64,000 nt of DNA from Candidatus Bathyarchaeota archaeon (GCA_963775895.1 CAVZKL010000018.1:32001-96000); one strand, 5' to 3'; shown: positions 21,862-32,537, counted from the stretch's first letter. Made by a program: numbers and translations. The notes: generated by a model from the sequence alone, not told the origin.

Positions 21862-22362
21862 TTCGCCGACCTGACAGTCTGTCACATCGTGCTCAGCAAC
21901 CTACCAGATGTACCTCGAGCCGTAGCTGAAATGGCCCGGGTGATGAAAAAGGACGGAATAGTCGCTGCGATAGAGCCTGGCGAAAGTCGAATGCACTATT
22001 CACCTGATCCCAAATTGAATGAGATGGAAGAGAAAGTGTTGCAGGCATACGGAAAAGGTATCTAGGACCTGCGGACCAGACTGATCGACTTTTCAAAGGA
22101 TTTGAAAAAGAAAAACGCTCGGTACCGAGAGGTCTTCAATAATTGTGGTCTGCGCAACGTAGAGGTACATGGCATGCTTTCTGTCTTCTTGCTCAGCGAT
22201 CCTCGTAGAGATGTTACGGAAATTCTTGGGTGGCTCAAGAAGCGAGTATTTCTTTTCGAAAGAGACTGGGATCGTACAAAAGTCATCCTTCAGCGCGGAG
22301 GACTCGAAGGGCATGATATCCAGACATATTTTGAAGCTGAGAAAGCGTATCTAGGCAAATAA
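21862..22362 (+). pseudogene. C-terminal fragment of class I SAM methyltransferase with in-frame TAG (22063)
   Basis: FADLTVCHIVLSNLPDVPRAVAEMARVMKKDGIVAAIEP; no start codon or motif I. Confidence 0.65.
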
Positions 22363-22375
22363 ACATTAAGCGTGA

Positions 22376-22825
22376 TTAGGCGTTGCTTTTGGGTTCAGTC
22401 TTTTGCGTCGCTTCTTTATGCGCGGCCGGTGGTTCTTCCTTCTTTTCCTTCTGCTTCTTCCCTTCCTTTGTTTGTTTCGGCCTTTCAACAATTTTCATGT
22501 TGATCTGAACAATCTCGTCGGTTATGACGTTGCCGCGAATGGTCTTGCGTCTTCTCATTCCTTCATTGGTGGGGTTTAGGCCTACTCCGCCGCTGAGCAC
22601 TATTCGTCGGCGAACACCGCCGTGAACGCTCGGTCTCATCGGGAACCCATCTTTGTCGGAGCCTCCCGTGACTTGAATCTTGTGTCCTGGATAGTCCACT
22701 GGCGCGCCGTCCATGATTTCGCCTATCCGCTTTCCGATCAGCGGAGCGGTGCGTGTCTCTGCAAGTTCAACCACTTTTGAAGTTCCCGTTTCTGGATCTG
22801 AGACGATGACCTTGAATTTGGCCAT
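22376..22825 (-). CDS. rps6e: 30S ribosomal protein S6e
   Basis: FKVIVSDP, TGGSDKDGFPMR, GMRRRKTIRGN. Confidence 0.97.
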   Translation of the reverse strand: MAKFKVIVSDPETGTSKVVELAETRTAPLIGKRIGEIMDGAPVDYPGHKIQVTGGSDKDGFPMRPSVHGGVRRRIVLSGGVGLNPTNEGMRRRKTIRGNVITDEIVQINMKIVERPKQTKEGKKQKEKKEEPPAAHKEATQKTEPKSNA

Positions 22826-22881
22826 GCTGCTTGCCTCGTGGGTAGTGGTATGAAAGTTGAACAACTGTCTATTAAGGATTT

Positions 22882-24174
22882 ATGAAGAGCCAGCGAGCTG
22901 CTCACAGAAAAGCCGTCATTGCACACGTAAAAGCTTTAATTCAAGCTTGGCAACGTTTTCTGGCTATGTGGCGCATAGGATTCTTTTTCCACGAGATGGG
23001 TTATGGACTTTTGTCCGTATTCCTGCCTTTGTACGTGATTGCCATCGGTGGATCATTGTTCGAGATCGGCGTTTTGACGTCCGTGGCATTGCTCTTCTCG
23101 ATACCAGCCTCTTTCATGTGGGGTTACCTGTGCGACAGAGGTAGAAGGTATAAGCGGTACATTCTTCTTTCGTTTATTGCCTCAGCGATTCTTCTGTACT
23201 CTTTCACTTACACGTCTAACGTTATGTTGCTCATCATTCTTTACACCGTAATGTCGATTCTTCACGTGGCTCATGAAGCTCCGAAGAACGTGCTTATCGC
23301 TGAACTCTATTCAAGACAGGATTGGGACAAGTCCTTCGCATCCTATGAGGGCTTTACAGAGGTCGGTTGGCTCATCGGACTGCTTTTGGGTTTCATCTCG
23401 TCGACCTTCAAGTTCGGATCCGTGAATACCCTGTTCATCTGTGCAGGACTGAATCTCGCGGCCTTTCTGTTGTCTGCGGCTTTTGTGAGGGATCCTGCTT
23501 TGGTCTTTGAGAGGAGTCTAGTGAGTATTGAGAAGTCGGTTGATTTCGCTTCCCGCGGTATTTCGGTTGCCTCAAGCGTGCTGGACGGCGTGGCTGTGAC
23601 AACTAGACTGAAGAAGGAAAATGTCAATGCTTTCTGCCTTGGATTGATTTTGTTTTCGCTGGCGACCAGCATACTCTTCACGCCGATGCCCGTGTTCGTT
23701 TCGCGTGTCGTCAGTGCTGCTGTCCTTCCGGCGGGGTTGGTGTTCGCGATTTTCGTGTTAAACTCTGGAGGAGGCGTGTTAGGCTACGCTTTAGCTCGGA
23801 GAAGATCAGAAGAACCGATGACGAAGAGCAGCACTGGCCGCCTCGTTCTGTTCAGAGGAGTATTTGCGTTCCTGCTCATCCTGACCGTGCAGTTGTCCGC
23901 TCTGGGGTCGGTTGGTTTGACTACGGGAGTCTTGGTCATTCTGGGCTTACTCAACGCACTCTTCTTGGTCAGCGTGCTTTCTCTGTCTATGGAAGTGATT
24001 CCTGCAGGGAAGGCGGGTCTGTTTAACGTTTTGATAGGCGTCGGCGCAGCAGGTGGGTCGTTTATTGGGCCGCTCATCGCGCAAACTTTCGGCTACCCAT
24101 TTGGGTTCCTGGATGCTTTCATGGTTTCGGGCGTGATGTTCATCCTGGCCTACGTTGCTTTCAAGATCTTCTGA
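22882..24174 (+). CDS. MFS transporter
   Basis: About 12 TM helices; WGYLCDRGRRYK motif A. Confidence 0.9.
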   Translation: MKSQRAAHRKAVIAHVKALIQAWQRFLAMWRIGFFFHEMGYGLLSVFLPLYVIAIGGSLFEIGVLTSVALLFSIPASFMWGYLCDRGRRYKRYILLSFIASAILLYSFTYTSNVMLLIILYTVMSILHVAHEAPKNVLIAELYSRQDWDKSFASYEGFTEVGWLIGLLLGFISSTFKFGSVNTLFICAGLNLAAFLLSAAFVRDPALVFERSLVSIEKSVDFASRGISVASSVLDGVAVTTRLKKENVNAFCLGLILFSLATSILFTPMPVFVSRVVSAAVLPAGLVFAIFVLNSGGGVLGYALARRRSEEPMTKSSTGRLVLFRGVFAFLLILTVQLSALGSVGLTTGVLVILGLLNALFLVSVLSLSMEVIPAGKAGLFNVLIGVGAAGGSFIGPLIAQTFGYPFGFLDAFMVSGVMFILAYVAFKIF

Positions 24175-24202
24175 CAAAAAGAAAATGGGAATTTTGAAGA
24201 GT

Positions 24203-25658
24203 CTATTCAACGTGCACTCTGAAGAGGTCTATGTCTTCACCCATCTGCGGCGTTACTTCGAGGAAGTCTCTTACAGAACGTTCGACATCCTTCGACTGTG
24301 TAACGTATCTGCCGACGATGACTATGTCTGCGCCTTTCTCCAATGCCTCTTTTGCGGTTTCTGGGACTATTCCGCCGGCGACTGCGATAAGGAATTTCTT
24401 GTCCTTGAAGGTCTGTCTGATCTCGGGAATAATGTTCAGTCCGTGTTCCCTTCCGGTTTCTTGATCTATGCCCCTGTGCAGGATTATTATTTCTGGGAAT
24501 TCTTTGACAGGATTTTAGCTTCTTGAGCGGGTCGTCCACGTTCATCATGTCTACCACCGCGTATATTCCGAGCCTTTTTGCTTCGTGAACGAACGCGTCA
24601 ATCGTTTCGCCTGGCGCGAGTCCAGATGCGACGACCGCGTCAGCGGTTTCATCGTAGGCAAGGTCAACTTCGACTTTGCCCACATCCAGAGTCTTGAGGT
24701 CAGCGACGAAGAAGAAGTCTTTTGCCACTTGTCTCAGGTCGTTTATGACTCTTGCGCCGTATCTTTTGATGAGAGGGGTTCCGACTTCCAGTATTATTCT
24801 GTCGCTTCCAGGCAGTTCGGCTATGAGTCTCTTCGCTCTTTCCAGGTCGGGGTTGTCGATTGCGATCTGAAGGTAGGGTGGTCTCCACAACCGTGGTACT
24901 TTGAATCCCATTATCGGGTGTTTGGCTCTGTCTTTGTCGTAGAGTATCTTCTCCAATGGCGGGTACTTGGCGATGGCTCTTCTGAGGGCGAGTTTGGTTG
25001 CGCCGTAGTTGTACTGGTATATCTTGCGAAAATCGGTAGCCTGAGGATGGACGAAGACGCTGGCGATTATGACCCAGTCGTCGATTTTTTCTCGGGGGAT
25101 TATTCCCTCTTCCACGGCGTCAGCGACTCCTTTTGCCACGGCTGCCTGAGCGGGCCCGAAGATTTTGCTGACGTCTTCAAGGTTCTTTGTGGTGACTTTG
25201 GGCACCAGCAGAGTGTGTGGTTTCGGTGGTAGGTTGGGGCGGATCACTGCTAGAAGAGGAGTGTGTCCTGCCGACATGTTGCTCATTCCTGCCGCAAAGG
25301 CGTCTCCGACAGGTCCTTCTTTGTCCCCTATGAGCAGGTCAATGTGCGCGACTTCGTTTCCTTCTCCGATGAGTGCTTCACCGATGAGGTACGCGTGTTT
25401 TGATTCTTCCATTTGATCCGACATCAAATTTGCAGGGAGGTTGTCGGTGATCTCTTTGAAGTCGACATTGAACTCTTTAAGCCACGTGTACAACGTGTCC
25501 CTGTGGATGTTAAGTGCTTCAGCTGTGCCGAGAAGTGTAGGTTTTGTCGGTTTTGCTCTGGAAGTTGCACGTTCTTCAATTGATTTTTTGGCTGCTTCCG
25601 TCAGTACATTGACGAGTTCTTCTTTGGTCTCAGGTTTCTTAACGTTCTGATCCGACAT
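24203..25658 (-). CDS. fae-hps: N-terminal HTH + formaldehyde-activating enzyme + 3-hexulose-6-phosphate synthase fusion (frameshift near 24510)
   Basis: [37 protein letters not shown] (Fae); [25 protein letters not shown] (Hps). Confidence 0.92.
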
Positions 25659-25694
25659 TTCTTGACCAGCAATGTAGTCTTGAATGCGTTACTT

Positions 25695-25704
25695 GTATAT
25701 AAAA
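25695..25704 (-). promoter_or_regulatory. TATA box of fae-hps
   Basis: TTTTATATAC on minus strand about 40 bp upstream of ATG 25658. Confidence 0.55.
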
Positions 25705-25985
25705 GTGTCGGGACGAACTGAATGGCCAACGATCTGGATTCTGATATCGCCATCGAGATGTCGATGATACTAGAGGTCGGATATCCTATCCGGCAGTAAT
25801 ATGTCGTTATTGTCGCTTTGATTCGCTCTATTCGCGCGTACTTAGGTCCTTTTGCGACGTTGGAATGTCGATGTGCGCACCAGATGTCTTTGTCGAGAGA
25901 TTTGTTGATGATTGGTTCCGGTATCGGTAAGTCTATATACTTTGATGATGTAGAAGGCTTAAAACTTGTCGAGGGAGTTTCGTAA

Positions 25986-26186
25986 GTGTCGTGGCGGGTG
26001 TGGCGAGACGTCGTGTCTGTTCTGTTGGTCATCGTTGGTACAATCATGTTTCTGTACGGCGCAAACTACTATGATGCCACGGTTGGGCGGACGGGGTTCG
26101 GGCTTTTCATAAGCGGGTTTGTCGTTTACCTCGTTCTGAAAGCCTACGAGGTTGCCAGGAAAGGGCAGAGCGGTCAGAAGCCGTAG
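25986..26186 (+). CDS. Small two-TM membrane protein
   Basis: Two hydrophobic segments; GAGGGAG RBS. Confidence 0.65.
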   Translation: MSWRVWRDVVSVLLVIVGTIMFLYGANYYDATVGRTGFGLFISGFVVYLVLKAYEVARKGQSGQKP

Positions 26187-27709
26187 AGTTCAGAGTATTT
26201 CTTGTTCAAGTAGGTCAAGTATGGTTTTACGGTCAGTTCTTTTCCAGTGATTCTTTTTATTAGTTCTGCGGGGTCGTAGAGGTTTCCGAATGAGTGGACG
26301 TTTTTGGCCAGCCAATTTTTTACACCGTTGAAGTTGCCTTCTGCGATTTGTGTTCGCCAATCTGGCAGTGTTTTCTGCATTGTTTCGAGTAGTTGTCCGC
26401 TGTAGATGTTGCCGAGTGCGTAGCTGGGGAAATAGCCGAAGCTGCCGCTGGCCCAGTGCGTGTCTTGCATTACGCCTTCTGAGTCGTTTGTGATTTTGAT
26501 GCCGAGAAATTGTTTGTAGCTTTGGTTCCAGGTTTCTGGGAGTTCTTTTATTGTTATCTTTCCTGCGAAGAGGTCGCGTTCGATGTTGAACCTTATGATT
26601 ATGTGCAGGCAGTAGGTCACTTCGTCTGCTTCGACGCGTATTTTTGAAGGCTTGACTTGGTTGATTGCGCGGACGAATGGTTCAAGTTTCAAGTTTGCAA
26701 GTGTTTTTCCTGTGGTTTTTTTGAGTTTGGGTAGAAAGTATGTCCAGAATTCTTTTGATCTTCCAATTATGTTTTCTACTGTGCGTGATTGTGATTCATG
26801 GAAGCCCATGGAGGCGCTGTTGCCGACGGGTTGGTACATCCATTCCTTTTTGAGGTCCTGTTCGTACAGTGCGTGTCCTGATTCGTGTAGGACTGAGAAA
26901 AGCGATGACGTGAAGTTGTTCTTGAAATAGTGTGTGGTTATTCTGACGTCGTCGTAGTATCCCGTTGTGAATGGGTGTTCTGTTTCGTCTATTCTGCCTC
27001 CTGATTGCTTGGAGGTAACGTCGTAGCCTACGAACTGTGCGAGTTCTCTGGCGATTTTGCGTTGGGTTTCTATGGGGACGTTGCGTTTGAGGATGCTGAT
27101 GTCTGGCTGTTTTGGCGCGGATTGGCATTTTTCTATGAGTGAGACTAGGCCGATTTTCAGTTCGTCGAAGATCTTCGTTATGCGTGCAGTGGTCATCTTG
27201 GTTTCGTAGATGTCGATCAGCGCGTCGTAGGGTGTTTTGGTTTTCTTGACTTTTGCCAGTATGTTAGCCGCTTTTTTCTCTAGTTCGAAGAGTTTTTCGA
27301 GTTCGGGTCTGAACATGGCGTAGTTTTTTGTTGCTTTGGCTTTCTTCCAAACGTCGATTGTAAGTGCTTGTTGTTTTGCGGTTTCTGCTACGAGCTGTTC
27401 GGGAAGTTTTGTCTGCTCGTCATAACGTTTCCTGATCAAATGGACGTTTCTTTTTTGCACTTTGTCTAGTTTGTCGTAGTCTTGGTTGTGTGTTATCTTG
27501 TCAAGCAGTGTTTCAATTTCTGGGTCGGTGCTCATCTTGTGTTCGGTCTTGCTGAGGAGGGAGAGTTGTTCGCTTCGAAGCTGGATGGCTTTTGGAGGCA
27601 TCATGGTTTCCATGTCCCAGCCGATGATCGATTCGACTGACTGTAGGATCGCTAGTTGTTTGCTTTTATTCATCAGTTGCTTGTAGTTTGATGTCAACGT
27701 GTCCGCCAT
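26174..27709 (-). CDS. Thermostable carboxypeptidase (M32)
   Basis: WDMETMMP, HPFT, DVRITT, HESGH, HESQS, IRVEADE, QDTHW, GYFPSY. Confidence 0.97.
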   Translation of the reverse strand: MADTLTSNYKQLMNKSKQLAILQSVESIIGWDMETMMPPKAIQLRSEQLSLLSKTEHKMSTDPEIETLLDKITHNQDYDKLDKVQKRNVHLIRKRYDEQTKLPEQLVAETAKQQALTIDVWKKAKATKNYAMFRPELEKLFELEKKAANILAKVKKTKTPYDALIDIYETKMTTARITKIFDELKIGLVSLIEKCQSAPKQPDISILKRNVPIETQRKIARELAQFVGYDVTSKQSGGRIDETEHPFTTGYYDDVRITTHYFKNNFTSSLFSVLHESGHALYEQDLKKEWMYQPVGNSASMGFHESQSRTVENIIGRSKEFWTYFLPKLKKTTGKTLANLKLEPFVRAINQVKPSKIRVEADEVTYCLHIIIRFNIERDLFAGKITIKELPETWNQSYKQFLGIKITNDSEGVMQDTHWASGSFGYFPSYALGNIYSGQLLETMQKTLPDWRTQIAEGNFNGVKNWLAKNVHSFGNLYDPAELIKRITGKELTVKPYLTYLNKKYSELYGF

Positions 27710-27798
27710 TTTTGGTCGCCTTTTTTGTGAAGTCTACTCGATAGTTGGACGTTATATTTGAGCTTGGCCCAGACGAACGCGGGTGCGACTGAAAACAG

Positions 27799-27876
27799 TG
27801 GTGCTCCGGCCGGGATTCGGACCCGGGTCTCCGGCTCGAAAGGCCGGAATACTTAACCGGGCTATACTACCGGAGC
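27799..27876 (-). tRNA. tRNA-Glu(TTC), encoded CCA
   Basis: GCTCCGG/CCGGAGC acceptor, CCGGC-CTTTCGA-GCCGG anticodon arm. Confidence 0.95.
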
Positions 27877-27919
27877 TCTAGCCCAGCGCAATGAGGTTGT
27901 GTTTCCGTTCGAATAAAGC

Positions 27920-29091
27920 TTATCCTCTAAGTGCTGTTTTCAGACATTCTTTCATCGGTGCGAGTATCGGTGTAGCTTTGCAGAGTGAAGGGGTGTAGTA
28001 GGCGGTCTTGGCGGAGTTGGTCATGATCGATCTTATTCCAAGTTTTTCTGTCCATGAAACGATGGTGCACACGCCTGTCAGGACGTGGCCTCCGCTCTTT
28101 TCTATTTGCTTGACGTGTTTTTCGCCCATTTTTTTCACGTGGTTTGACGTGCAGACCCAGAACTTGATTTCTGAGCGACCTTCTTTCCCTGAACAAAGCG
28201 TGCAATTTGTTTCATCTCACTTAGTGAGCAGTGTGGGCACCCCAGAAAGACTAGGTCTGGTTTCTTGACTGAGGATGGGGACAGTTCCTCAATGGTTTGT
28301 TTGAGGTTTGAGGCTTCAACCGTTATGGTTTCGAACCGGGCTCTTTTCGGGCATGTGCCGCAGTGAAACATGTTCGTCATACCCGTCGTGGCGATAGCAG
28401 CGCTAAGTTGCTTCAGTCCGTCTGCTGGAATCCTCTGCAGGTTGTCTATCACTGGAATCTTGTCCTGCAACAGTTTGCCCAGGTAGATTCCAAGTGCGCC
28501 GAGTTCTGTTTCGTTCTGCAACTTCGCTTCGACGTGCACGCCGATTTTTGGCTCTCGATTCTCGGCTTTGTGGATTCCGTAGTTCGGTGTCTTCCCGATT
28601 ATTCCTGCTGCGAGGGCGCTGGGTCCACCTTCACGGTTTGTTCTGCCGCCAAGGATGGAATTGGAATAGACTACGGCTGATGATTCGGCCCAGGCTAAGT
28701 GTGAATCAGGCTGTATCTCGTTGAGATAGTATGGTGTGCACGTTGAGGATTGTGTTAAGCCCATTCTGTCGAACTGTTTTAGAATGTCGAGTTGTTTCTT
28801 GACTAGGTTTTCGGGAAGCTGTTTGCTCATGTACTTTGGGTCGAGGCTCTGCGGGTTCAAAGTGGTTCTTACTCTTACTTTTGCTCCGCGATCTGCGAGG
28901 GTTTTGAGAAATTCTATCGGAGCATCGCCGAGCGTTTTGTAGGATACTCCTGAAACGTGTGCTGACGTGATGGGAATCAGTTTTTCAGCGTCAAACAGGT
29001 CGCCTAGGCGGACGAGTATTTTCATGCAGGTCTGGTTTGCCCATCCGCATTCGCCGTTGAGAATTCGTTCTTCCTCTTTCGTTAAATACAT
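27920..29091 (-). CDS. Aconitase X catalytic subunit (phosphomevalonate dehydratase large subunit-like), frameshift near 28170
   Basis: HVSGVSY, TCTPY, AWAESSAV, TNREGGP, GCPHCS, MTNSAK. Confidence 0.92.
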
Positions 29092-29513
29092 TCGTTGGCT
29101 AGTTCTCCTTTGGTTTTCAGTATTTTTGCGAAGCCTTTGCACGCGTCGACTTCAACCGTGTCGCCGGTTCTGATCTGTTTGATGTCGATCTGATCGAGCA
29201 TGGGCACGTTTGCGATTATTGCACCGACCACCACGACGGGGTCGGCTGTCTGGTTGAGTATTGCCTTTGGCGCCAGCCCTTTCTTAGCTAAGGAGTAGAG
29301 CACGTAACTGCCTACGGTGGAGCCATGCCCGTGAGGAAAACACAGCACCTTGTCCTTTATGCACATGCCGAGCAGCTCGTGGTTTTGTTCGATCACCTTT
29401 CCGTCTGCAGGGTCGATTCCTCCCAGAAAACTGATCGGCTTTGCGCTGACCAACGCTTCGGCTTTGCAGTGTCCCTCAACGATCACGCGGCCTTTCAAGG
29501 TTATCGATTGCAT
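29082..29513 (-). CDS. Aconitase X swivel subunit (DUF126)
   Basis: PISFLGGIDP, P.GHGSTVGSY. Confidence 0.92.
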   Translation of the reverse strand: MQSITLKGRVIVEGHCKAEALVSAKPISFLGGIDPADGKVIEQNHELLGMCIKDKVLCFPHGHGSTVGSYVLYSLAKKGLAPKAILNQTADPVVVVGAIIANVPMLDQIDIKQIRTGDTVEVDACKGFAKILKTKGELANECI

Positions 29514-29523
29514 CTTGACTCCT

Positions 29524-30804
29524 TCAGTACGATATTTTTGCTGAGGATGGGATTCTGCCCAGGATTTTCGTGGCTGCCTCGCCTACTTTTTCGCGTTGTT
29601 CCGCCGTGGTGTAAACACGCAGTATGTTCATGAATCCCCTCAACGTTTCGAAAATCTTGGAGATCTCGCTCAGTCTTTGCGGTATCTTCTTTCCTTCTGG
29701 TGTCCTGTAGAAGACTGGAATTTCCATGCTTTCGGTGAGCACTGAGTGTTCGTAAGGTACGGATGGAACCGTTGGCACGTCGATGATCACGGTTTCTGTT
29801 TGGACGTTGGCATCTTCCGCGATTTCGATTTGCAACTGTTTCCGGTAGTTTTCACGGCTGAAGATGTTTGAAATCATCGTGTCTTTTTCGTAGAAGGTTT
29901 TTTCGTAGGCGCACTTGAGCATTCTTCTGTTTTCAAGATCTCTTATGATTCCTTTTGATTTTGAACAGTTTTTCAGCATAGTATAGACCGTATAGTCGTC
30001 CATGGCCAGATATTGTTCAGGAGTCTTGAAGCGTGTTAGTCCGAGTTCTTCGTTTGCCTTGTCCATCGCTGTGGACAGCATTATTTGGGCGGCTCTGCCG
30101 ACGCGGTGGAAGTATATGCTTTTGAAGGATTCTATTCGGGCTATCAACAGCGATTCGAGTGCGGAGAGTGCTCCAATTTCGACCGCGAGGTTTTCGCCGA
30201 CTACATCTAGTGTATGAATGAGACGGAAGATGTCGATGTAACCGTATTCTGCGCCCGTGTGATAAGTGTCGCGAACGATGAAGTCTTGTTTGTCAACGTC
30301 GACTGTGCTGCTTATTATCTGATCCAGAAAGGCTTTCTTGGGTTTGTGCAGTTTGCCCACTGCGAGTTTTCCGATTTCTTGCGGGCTGTATCCCGCTCTG
30401 CTTATTATGTCCTTCAGCTCGCTCTTCTGAATGATCCACGTCGTAAGATCCTCGTGGGTCTTGTCCAACTCTCTCGTGAGTAAGTGTTCAAAAACGTGTG
30501 AGAACGGACCGTGCCCCACGTCATGGAGCAGGGCGGCGATTCTGACCATTTCAGCTTCGTTTCCGGTCACATGTTCCGAAATGTTTGGGTTGCCAACCAC
30601 TCCGCTAGCCAGGTGCATGACTCCTACAGAGTGCTCGAAGCGGGTGTGGTTTGCTCCTGGATAGACGTATTCTGCGCCTGCCAGTTGGCGTAGTCTGTGG
30701 AGTCTCTGTACGGGGTATGAATCGATGATTGTCTTTTCTTTCTGCGTTATGTAGACGTAACCGTGGACGGGATCTTTTATTTCGGCGCAATACTCTCTGG
30801 GCAT
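29524..30804 (-). CDS. HD-domain phosphohydrolase (SAMHD1/dNTPase-like)
   Basis: IKDPVHG, QRL..LRQL, HTRFEHS, LLHDVGHGPFSH, DVDKQD. Confidence 0.92.
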   Translation of the reverse strand: MPREYCAEIKDPVHGYVYITQKEKTIIDSYPVQRLHRLRQLAGAEYVYPGANHTRFEHSVGVMHLASGVVGNPNISEHVTGNEAEMVRIAALLHDVGHGPFSHVFEHLLTRELDKTHEDLTTWIIQKSELKDIISRAGYSPQEIGKLAVGKLHKPKKAFLDQIISSTVDVDKQDFIVRDTYHTGAEYGYIDIFRLIHTLDVVGENLAVEIGALSALESLLIARIESFKSIYFHRVGRAAQIMLSTAMDKANEELGLTRFKTPEQYLAMDDYTVYTMLKNCSKSKGIIRDLENRRMLKCAYEKTFYEKDTMISNIFSRENYRKQLQIEIAEDANVQTETVIIDVPTVPSVPYEHSVLTESMEIPVFYRTPEGKKIPQRLSEISKIFETLRGFMNILRVYTTAEQREKVGEAATKILGRIPSSAKISY

Positions 30805-30988
30805 TTCTAGTTGCTCCCTCTGGTGCTGGTTATTGATTAGTGCAGTTTCGTTCTTATAATGCCCTATGTTCTTAGTGAAGTATCCAGTTTGGATCTCCTT
30901 TTTGCAATCTCATACACGGGAGGTACCGTGACTGGCGTTGAAAGAGAGATCCTCTGAGAATTCGAAGAAGCGGAGTTGTGACATACGC

Positions 30989-31405
30989 CTAGATTTCCTT
31001 TTTCAGAAGGGTCATGATTGTTTCGTATCCAAAGTACGCGGCGGCCACGACCAGCATTGTTGTTGCAAACACGTATTCCCTAGTTAGTGCAGCGGGCCTG
31101 AACAGGATTACCTGAAACATGATGGCTGTGGCGAAGAGTATGAAGTAGAAGAGATATTTTGGCACCAGAAGTTGTCGGAGTTTCACGAAGTTTTCAAGTA
31201 CCAGTTTTTCTACAACGTACCCCTCTGGCGTTTGTTTCAGTAGCCCTGCTTCTTCCAACTTGTCCAAGTGATAGGCTGCGAGTGTTGGGCTGCTTAGTTT
31301 GAGCGCTCTTTGAACCTCTCTAACTCCTATTGGTTTTCTCTGCTTCACGGCGTACTTGTAGACTTGAGCGGTGTTGCCTGTCAAAACATCGCGTTCATTC
31401 TTCAC
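30989..31405 (-). CDS. Membrane-tethered winged-helix regulator (HTH + 2 TM)
   Basis: GVREVQRALKLSSPTLAAYHLDKL then two hydrophobic helices. Confidence 0.8.
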   Translation of the reverse strand: MKNERDVLTGNTAQVYKYAVKQRKPIGVREVQRALKLSSPTLAAYHLDKLEEAGLLKQTPEGYVVEKLVLENFVKLRQLLVPKYLFYFILFATAIMFQVILFRPAALTREYVFATTMLVVAAAYFGYETIMTLLKKEI

Positions 31406-31526
31406 GTCTTTATCCGACTCACTAAGAATCTACTCATAGATGCTATTTTTGGTTGTCGCCGTACAACAGAATTGTACAACCGTACAAAAGTCTAGGATTA
31501 AATCAAAGCTCGCTTTGTGTAGTGGG

Positions 31527-32373
31527 ATGGTGAAGTCTTTGAGTCTATCCAAGAAAAAAGTAACACGATCAGTGATAATTCCAATAATTGCAGTTTCTCT
31601 TCTCGCCGCAACCGTTTACTACTCGGTTCCAGACAGTCTCCACCTCAGATCAATCGCGTTTGCACTTGGTCCTAGCCTATCCAACTCTATGAACTCAGCA
31701 AATTCCTCATTATATTCACTCATAGCAGATCTGAACGTGACGTTCCAAAACGGAACAACCTGGGAGTTTTACAACTCGCCATTCGGACTGAATTATGTAG
31801 GAGCGGCTGAACTGAATTCAACAGACATCAAAGAGATCCAACTTTTCCCCTTCCCTGGTTATAGCCCTGGCCTCGATCTTCAAAAACCCTTTTGGGCAGC
31901 AATCGAGTACGCAGCAGATTGGGGGATACGCGCTGAGTCTCACGGGGGAAGAAAAGACGAATCTGGGCGTGCTAAACGCTTTTAACTACACTTTTAGCTT
32001 CGGTGACGCAAAAGACATGCACCCGCCACCAGGCTATAGAATCCCCACGCTCAACTACACACTCGCGGTGAATGGTACCGGCTACTGGGATCTGGGCTTG
32101 CTCCCTTACGGCCCTTGGAATTGGCATATGAATATCGACCAAATCCGGAGCATCCTTCTTAACACGACAGGTCCCGCGAGCATATCCTTCGACTTGGATC
32201 TCAGCATGAACGTCTTCTATCAGATCACAACAGAAGACGGTACTCAGGCAGGCAATGCCACAGTGGAATGGTCAGGAAGGTGGGGTACTCTTCAGCTACT
32301 ACATGACGGTGACCAACTGCTCGGATTACAATACAGCTTTGCAGACGTAAGTCTAAGGATGATGGCTACGTAA
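31527..32373 (+). CDS. Secreted/surface hypothetical protein (frameshift near 31930-31970)
   Basis: Signal-anchor; many N-x-S/T sequons across two ORFs. Confidence 0.6.
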
Positions 32374-32537
32374 CTTTGCGGATGGAGGACCAGCACTGAG
32401 AAAGCGTATCAAAGATGCACCAGCTTTTGGATCATTTGACACGTCCTCTTTTTTCGTTTGCTTCTGTTAGATGATCACCAGACTCATTCATCGGCTTGTT
32501 CCGGCGTCGTAGCGGCTCGAACTTTGCGGTGTCGAAA

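Noticed and set aside
22063-22065. In-frame TAG in a methyltransferase as pyrrolysine
   Set aside because: Class I SAM-type fragment lacking its N-terminus, not MtmB/MtbB/MttB; no pyl genes here; TGG-to-TAG decay is likelier
25601-26047. 148-aa minus-strand ORF upstream of fae-hps
   Set aside because: Overlaps two genes and a TATA box, composition not protein-like; region better explained as regulatory
27920-29513. AcnX pair as a novel system
   Set aside because: Fits the known archaeal modified mevalonate pathway dehydratase family
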